Shown here: in pieces, positions 6,674 through 11,165 of the stretch | Layout: every line of letters starts with the position of its first letter | Numbering within the stretch: the stretch's first letter is position 1 | From: Myxococcota bacterium | Lineage (GTDB): Bacteria > Myxococcota > JACRCW01 | Length of the DNA stretch: 11,165 nt | NCBI GenBank assembly: GCA_040752415.1 | Contig: JBFMGU010000322.1 | Location: forward strand, 1-11,165 | Direction of reading: 5' to 3' | The notes under the pieces: generated by a model | Told to the model about the DNA's origin: nothing | Databases searched by the model: none | The model's input: only the letters and a program-made list of their open reading frames with translations | Translations under genes and position numbers: made by a program

Positions 6674-8176
6674 TCACGCGTCGATGGACTCTCCGGCGTC
6701 CTGGCTCTCTTCCGCCACGGTGCCGTTGACCAGCTGCTGCGCCACGTCCAGGGCCTGACGGAGGCGCTTCTTGATCTCCTCCTCCGTCTTCAGCTTCTTG
6801 TAGGCCTTCACGGCGCGGTCCTCGTTCTGCTGCGCCTCTTCCTGCGCGGCGCGCAGCTGGCCTTCCAGCTCTTCCACGCGGGCGCGCAGCTCGGTCACCT
6901 CGGTGCCCAGCGCTTCCGCGTCGGCGGCGCGCTGCTGCGCCTCCGCGAGCTGGTTGTTGAGGTCCGCCACGCGGCTCTCCGCCTGGGCCTCCGCGTCGGC
7001 CAGGTGCTGCTCCGCGCTCTGCAGGCGCGTCTGCAACGTGGCGATCTCCACCTCCTGGTCGGCCTTGGCGGACTCCATGCCGGCAATGCGCTGCTCCAGC
7101 TCTCCCGCCTGCTCCGCCTTCTCGACGACCTCCTTCTCCTTGGCGAAGACCTGGTCCTTCAGCGAGATGATCTCCTTGTCGCGCGCGTTGAGCTGCTCCT
7201 TCAGCGACAGGATCTCCTTGGCGGAGCTGGCCGCGCTGCTCTTGCCCTCGCCCTCGGCGCTGCGCGCCTTGCTGGCGGCTTCCTCGGCAGCCTTGAGCTT
7301 GGTCTGCAACGCCGCCATCTGCGCCTTGAGGTCCGCGTTCTCCTTGCGCGCCTCCTTCAGCGCCTTCTCCGTCTCCGGGTCCGGCTTCACCACCTCCACC
7401 GGCGGCGTGCTGGTGCGCGGCGGGATGGACGGCTTGGCCGCCGCCACCGGGGCCGCAGCGGGACGGGCCGGAGCAGGGACGGCGGGCTTGGCGACGGCGG
7501 GCGCGGGCTTGGCGACGGGCGCCTCCAGGTCATCCAGCGGGTCGCGGGCCGGGGCGGGCGCGGGCTTGGCGGCGGGCGCGGGCTTGGCGGCAACGGGAGC
7601 CGGCTTGGGCGGCGGCGGGGGAGGCGGCGGAGGCTCGGGTTCCACCTGCAGGTTGTCGCCGAAGTCCAGGGACTCCCCGCCCAGTGCGGCCAGGGCGTCC
7701 TCGGCGCTGTCGGCGGGCGCGGGGGCGGGCTCCGGATCGCTGGTGAGGCTGGCGAAGTCCAGGTCGTCGCCACCGCCGGCTTCCGCGGCCGCCGGCACCT
7801 CCGGCAGGCCAATCAGCGCGCCAATCTTCTCGATGAGCGCGTCGGCGGCGAAGGGCTTGATGATGTACTCCTCCGCGCGCGTCTTGAGCTTCTTGTGCTG
7901 CTCGAAGGTCTCCGGCGTGGCCTCGCTGGACGAGATGATGAGCGGGATGCCCTTGAGGTCGTCGTCCTTCTTGAGCTTGTTGCAGATGGAGTAGCCGCTC
8001 ATCTTGGGCAGCTCCACGCACAACACGATGAGGTCCGGCCGCTCCGCCTTGGCAACGTCCAGCGCTTCCTTGCCGTCGGCAATCACCTTGGTGGTGAACC
8101 CGCTCGACTGCAGCGACGGAAGCAGGGTGTCCGTGAACGCCTGATCCGCATCAACGACGAAAATGCTTTTGGACAT
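6674..8176 (-). CDS. frzS: FrzS-like motility/polarity protein: N-terminal pseudo-receiver domain, Pro/Ala linker, C-terminal coiled coil (500 aa)
   Basis: The receiver domain MSKSIFVVD...RPDLIVLCVELP...GYSICNKLKKDDDLKGIPLII...FEQHKKLKTRAEEYIIKP...IGALIGLPE closely resembles the M. xanthus FrzS receiver as I recall it. It lacks the phosphoacceptor Asp and keeps the His/Tyr output pair. A long heptad-rich tail ends in VKAYKKLK...RQALDVAQQL. Start set at ATG 8176. Confidence 0.85.
   Translation of the reverse strand: MSKSIFVVDADQAFTDTLLPSLQSSGFTTKVIADGKEALDVAKAERPDLIVLCVELPKMSGYSICNKLKKDDDLKGIPLIISSSEATPETFEQHKKLKTRAEEYIIKPFAADALIEKIGALIGLPEVPAAAEAGGGDDLDFASLTSDPEPAPAPADSAEDALAALGGESLDFGDNLQVEPEPPPPPPPPPKPAPVAAKPAPAAKPAPAPARDPLDDLEAPVAKPAPAVAKPAVPAPARPAAAPVAAAKPSIPPRTSTPPVEVVKPDPETEKALKEARKENADLKAQMAALQTKLKAAEEAASKARSAEGEGKSSAASSAKEILSLKEQLNARDKEIISLKDQVFAKEKEVVEKAEQAGELEQRIAGMESAKADQEVEIATLQTRLQSAEQHLADAEAQAESRVADLNNQLAEAQQRAADAEALGTEVTELRARVEELEGQLRAAQEEAQQNEDRAVKAYKKLKTEEEIKKRLRQALDVAQQLVNGTVAEESQDAGESIDA
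7430..7640 (-). repeat. Coding low-complexity repeat in the FrzS-like linker (poly-Pro and repeated AKPA units)
   Basis: The plus strand shows recurring GCGGGCTTGGCG units. The protein reads EPEPPPPPPPPKPAPVAAKPAPAAKPAPAP...VAKPAPAVAKPAVP...AAKPS. Confidence 0.7.
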
Positions 8177-8263
8177 GCCGTGGTTCCCTGCCCATCTCGG
8201 GGCGCGTTGGGCGGCGGTGCAAGAGAAGGCCATCCGGCCGTTGCCTGTCCCACCTTGGCGCGG

Positions 8264-8292
8264 ACGCTAGCCAGCCCGCCCACGGCGGTCAA
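8264..8292 (-). promoter_or_regulatory. Putative sigma70/SigA-type promoter for the frzS-like gene
   Basis: Minus strand TTGACC (8292-8287), 17-nt spacer, TAGCGT (8269-8264). An AT-rich patch lies just upstream of -35, and the site is about 90 nt before the ATG. Confidence 0.6.
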
Positions 8293-8365
8293 AGTATTTG
8301 CCCCCACCCCAGGCGGCGCGGACCACGCAGGTTGCGGACAAGCTCCCGCCGGGCCGGAAGGCCTG

Positions 8366-8393
8366 TGGACAGGCGGTGGCGGGGCGCTATGAG
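8366..8393 (+). promoter_or_regulatory. Possible sigma70-type promoter for tcdA
   Basis: TGGACA (8366-8371), 16-nt spacer, TATGAG (8388-8393), about 40 nt before the ATG. Both hexamers are imperfect. Confidence 0.35.
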
Positions 8394-8434
8394 ATGGCTT
8401 CGTCCCATCCCGAATCACGCAGGAAGTCCACCCG

Positions 8435-9301
8435 ATGGTCACCACCACCCAGCACAGCTGCCAGCACCACGCGCCCCAGACCCCCAACCCGGCGGCCAAG
8501 GAGGCGGAGGTGATCACGCCCCACCGTCGCTTTGACCGGCTGGTGCGGCTCACCGGCGCCGAGGGCTTCACCCGCCTGCGCGCGGCCCACGTGGCCGTCT
8601 ACGGCCTGGGCGGCGTGGGCAGCTTTGCCGCCGAGAGCCTGGCCCGCAGCGGCGTGGGCACGCTGACCGTCGTGGACTTTGACGACGTGTGCGTCACCAA
8701 CACCAACCGCCAGCTGCACGCGCTCAAGGGCAACGTGGGCAAGCCCAAGGCGTACATCATGCGGGAGCGGCTGCAGCTGGTGGACCCGCAGGCGGTGATC
8801 CACGCCAAGCGGGCCTTCTACAACGGCGCGCGCGCCGACCAGCTCATCCCCTCGGACCTGGGCTTTGCCATTGACGCCATCGACAACATCAGCGCCAAGG
8901 CGCACCTGCTGGCCACGCTGACGGCGCGTCGCATCCCGGTGGTGACGTGCCTGGGCAGCGCGGGCAAGTGGGACCCCACGCGCATCCAGGTGGCGCCCTT
9001 GCACCAGACGCACACCTGCGGGCTGGCGCGCGCGCTCAAGAAGATCCTGCGGGAGAAGTACGCGCTGGCGCCGGAGGACAGCGGGATCACCGCGGTGTTC
9101 TCCGACGAGCAGCGGCGCGGCCCCTTCCCCGTCCCCTACGACGGAGAGGAGGGCTTCCGCTGCGTCTGCCCCAACGGCGACAACGGGGTGAACGAGTGTG
9201 AGGAGAAGAGCGTCATCGACGGGAGCGCCAGCTTTGTGACCGGGGCGTTCGGGCTGTTCGCGGCCTCGGTGGTGGTGCGGCAGATCTGCGAAGGCGGGTG
9301 A
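8435..9301 (+). CDS. tcdA: tRNA threonylcarbamoyladenosine dehydratase (ThiF/E1-like family, TcdA/CsdL)
   Basis: Motifs GLGGVGSFAAESLARSGVG, DFDDVCVTNTNRQLHAL, IDAIDNISAKAHL, GSAGKWDPTRIQ, AVFSDEQ and GSASFVTGAFG are TcdA-diagnostic. SD AGGAAG at 8421-8426. Confidence 0.93.
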   Translation: MVTTTQHSCQHHAPQTPNPAAKEAEVITPHRRFDRLVRLTGAEGFTRLRAAHVAVYGLGGVGSFAAESLARSGVGTLTVVDFDDVCVTNTNRQLHALKGNVGKPKAYIMRERLQLVDPQAVIHAKRAFYNGARADQLIPSDLGFAIDAIDNISAKAHLLATLTARRIPVVTCLGSAGKWDPTRIQVAPLHQTHTCGLARALKKILREKYALAPEDSGITAVFSDEQRRGPFPVPYDGEEGFRCVCPNGDNGVNECEEKSVIDGSASFVTGAFGLFAASVVVRQICEGG

Positions 9302-9410
9302 TCCGCCCCCCAAACGGTGCCGTTCCTGCATCCCGGTGGCATCCGGCGCGTGTCCTCATGCGGAACGTGAGGCGTGCCGCTAGAAGAAGGGCGCCCAGAT
9401 CCGGTCACGC

Positions 9411-9440
9411 TTGACGGCACAACGCGGCGGGCCCTACGCA
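9411..9440 (+). promoter_or_regulatory. Possible sigma70-type promoter for pyrG
   Basis: TTGACG (9411-9416), 18-nt spacer, TACGCA (9435-9440). Good -35, weak -10. SD GGAG precedes ATG 9478. Confidence 0.35.
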
Positions 9441-9477
9441 CGCGCCCACACGTTGGGGCAGGGGTTGGAGTGAAGCC

Positions 9478-11091
9478 ATGGCACGCGCACGGACCAAGTT
9501 CATCTTTGTGACGGGCGGGGTGGTGAGCTCCCTGGGCAAGGGCATTGCCGCGGCGTCCATGGGTGCGCTCATGGAGAACCGCGGGCTGAAGATCAGCCAC
9601 ATGAAGCTGGACCCGTACATCAACGTGGATCCCGGCACCATGAGCCCGTTCCAGCACGGCGAGGTCTACGTCACCGAGGACGGCGGGGAGACCGACCTGG
9701 ACCTGGGCCACTACGAGCGCTTCACCTCCGCCCGCATGGGCAAGAAGAACAACGTCACCACCGGGAAGATCTACCAGTCGGTGATCAGCAAGGAGCGCAA
9801 GGGCGAGTACCTGGGCAAGACCGTGCAGGTGATTCCCCACATCACCGACGAGATCAAGGCCTCCATCCAGGCGTGCGCCGAGGGGAATGACATCCTCATC
9901 GTCGAGATTGGCGGCACGGTGGGTGACATCGAGAGCCTGCCGTTCCTGGAGGCGGCGCGACAGTTCCGTCGGGACGTGGGGCAGGAGAACGTGGTCTACG
10001 TGCACCTGACCCTGGTGCCGTACATCTCCACCGCCGGCGAGACGAAGACCAAGCCCACGCAGCACTCCGTGGCGGAGCTGCGCAACATCGGCATCCAGCC
10101 GCACATCCTCTTGTGTCGTTCCGACCGGCCGCTCTCCAAGGAGATCCGCTCCAAGATTGCGCTGTTCTGCGACGTGGACCCCGGCGCGGTCATCAACGCG
10201 CCCAACGTGGACTGCATCTACGAGGTGCCGCTGCGCTTCCGCGACGAGGGCCTGGACGACAAGCTGGCCGAGTTCCTCAACATCTGGAGCCGCCCCGCCA
10301 CCATGGAGAAGTGGCAGTACGTGGTGGACCGCGTGAAGAAGCCGGAGCGGGAGACGGTCATCGGGATCGTGGGGAAGTACGTGGGGCTGGTGGAGAGCTA
10401 CAAGTCCATCAATGAGTCCCTGACCCACGCGGGCATCCACCACAACGCGCGCGTGGTGCTGCGCCACCTGGACAGCGAGGACGTGGAGAAGCAGGGCCCG
10501 GACAAGGTGCTGCACGGCGTGGACGGCATCCTGGTGCCCGGCGGCTTTGGTGAGCGTGGGGGCGAGGGGAAGATTGCCGCCATCCGGCACGCGCGGGAGA
10601 CGGGGCTGCCGTTCTTCGGGATCTGTCTGGGCATGCAGATGGCGGTCATCGAGTACGCGCGCAACGCGGCGAATCTCGACGGGGCCAACAGCCGCGAGTT
10701 TGCGCCGGAGTGCAAGCACGCGGTGATTGACCTGATGGGCGAGCAGCACGGCGTCACCGACAAGGGCGGCACCATGCGCCTGGGCAGCTACCCGTGCCTG
10801 CTGAAGGACGCCACGCTGGCGCGCAAGCTGTACGGCGCGGGCAAGGTCAGCGAGCGACACCGTCACCGCTACGAGGTGTCCAACACGTACCGCGCCCAGC
10901 TGGAGCAGAAGGGGCTGGTGTTCTGCGGCACGTCGCCCGACGACAAGCTGGTGGAGATGGTGGAGCTGCCGAATCACCCGTTCTTCATCGGGTGCCAGTT
11001 CCACCCGGAGTTCCAGAGCAAGCCGTTCAAGCCGCACCCGTTGTTCGTGGGGCTGGTGGGAGCGGCGCTGGACCGTCGCGCGAGCCGCTGA
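9478..11091 (+). CDS. pyrG: CTP synthase (glutamine-hydrolysing)
   Basis: Motifs [64 protein letters not shown], nucleophile [15 protein letters not shown] and QFHPE. Full length, 537 aa. Confidence 0.99.
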   Translation: MARARTKFIFVTGGVVSSLGKGIAAASMGALMENRGLKISHMKLDPYINVDPGTMSPFQHGEVYVTEDGGETDLDLGHYERFTSARMGKKNNVTTGKIYQSVISKERKGEYLGKTVQVIPHITDEIKASIQACAEGNDILIVEIGGTVGDIESLPFLEAARQFRRDVGQENVVYVHLTLVPYISTAGETKTKPTQHSVAELRNIGIQPHILLCRSDRPLSKEIRSKIALFCDVDPGAVINAPNVDCIYEVPLRFRDEGLDDKLAEFLNIWSRPATMEKWQYVVDRVKKPERETVIGIVGKYVGLVESYKSINESLTHAGIHHNARVVLRHLDSEDVEKQGPDKVLHGVDGILVPGGFGERGGEGKIAAIRHARETGLPFFGICLGMQMAVIEYARNAANLDGANSREFAPECKHAVIDLMGEQHGVTDKGGTMRLGSYPCLLKDATLARKLYGAGKVSERHRHRYEVSNTYRAQLEQKGLVFCGTSPDDKLVEMVELPNHPFFIGCQFHPEFQSKPFKPHPLFVGLVGAALDRRASR

Positions 11092-11118
11092 GAGCGCCGG
11101 GCGCTAGGTTTTCCCCCG

Positions 11119-11145
11119 CCCTCTCCCCCTCCCTCTCCCCCTCCC
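11119..11145. repeat. 12-bp tandem polypyrimidine repeat (CCCTCTCCCCCT x2 + CCC)
   Basis: Exact duplication at 11119-11130 and 11131-11142, downstream of the pyrG stop. Confidence 0.75.
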
Positions 11146-11165
11146 GGGCAGTCAGCGGTAGGGTC

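Noticed and set aside
6602..8392. 596-aa and 363-aa plus-strand ORFs opposite the frzS-like gene
   Set aside because: Leu/Arg/Gly- and Ala/Ser-rich antisense translations of a coiled-coil and Pro-rich gene, typical of high-GC DNA.
9441..9477. Bacillus-type pyrG attenuator (GGGC reiterative transcription leader)
   Set aside because: No terminator hairpin with a U-tract in the short leader and no GGGC at the predicted start.
9136..11037. 633-aa antisense ORF opposite pyrG
   Set aside because: Shadow ORF caused by strong GC3 codon bias of the real gene. No recognisable motifs.

Overview
GC-rich (roughly 70%, estimated by eye) bacterial chromosomal window, most likely from the Myxococcota given a FrzS-like pseudo-receiver/coiled-coil protein and a myxosortase-like protease. 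In order it holds: the 3' part of a 5S rRNA gene with its terminator hairpin; an orphan Cys-rich lipoprotein; an EEP-superfamily (DNase I/sphingomyelinase-like) lipoprotein; a small minus-strand helical-hairpin protein with two in-frame SD-equipped starts; a CPBP/Rce1-family glutamic intramembrane protease transcribed divergently from a dedA/yqaA - DEDDh exonuclease - ICMT/PEMT-family methyltransferase run; a convergent frzS-like gene; then tcdA and pyrG. I saw no mobile element, CRISPR array or tRNA. The most intriguing observation is that bacterial homologues of both post-prenylation CAAX-processing enzyme families (Rce1-like protease and ICMT-like methyltransferase) sit with a DedA lipid transporter around one divergent spacer. 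This might be a C-terminal protein cleavage/lipid-anchoring/methylation module, but that is an inference. All family calls come from motif recognition, not database searches.
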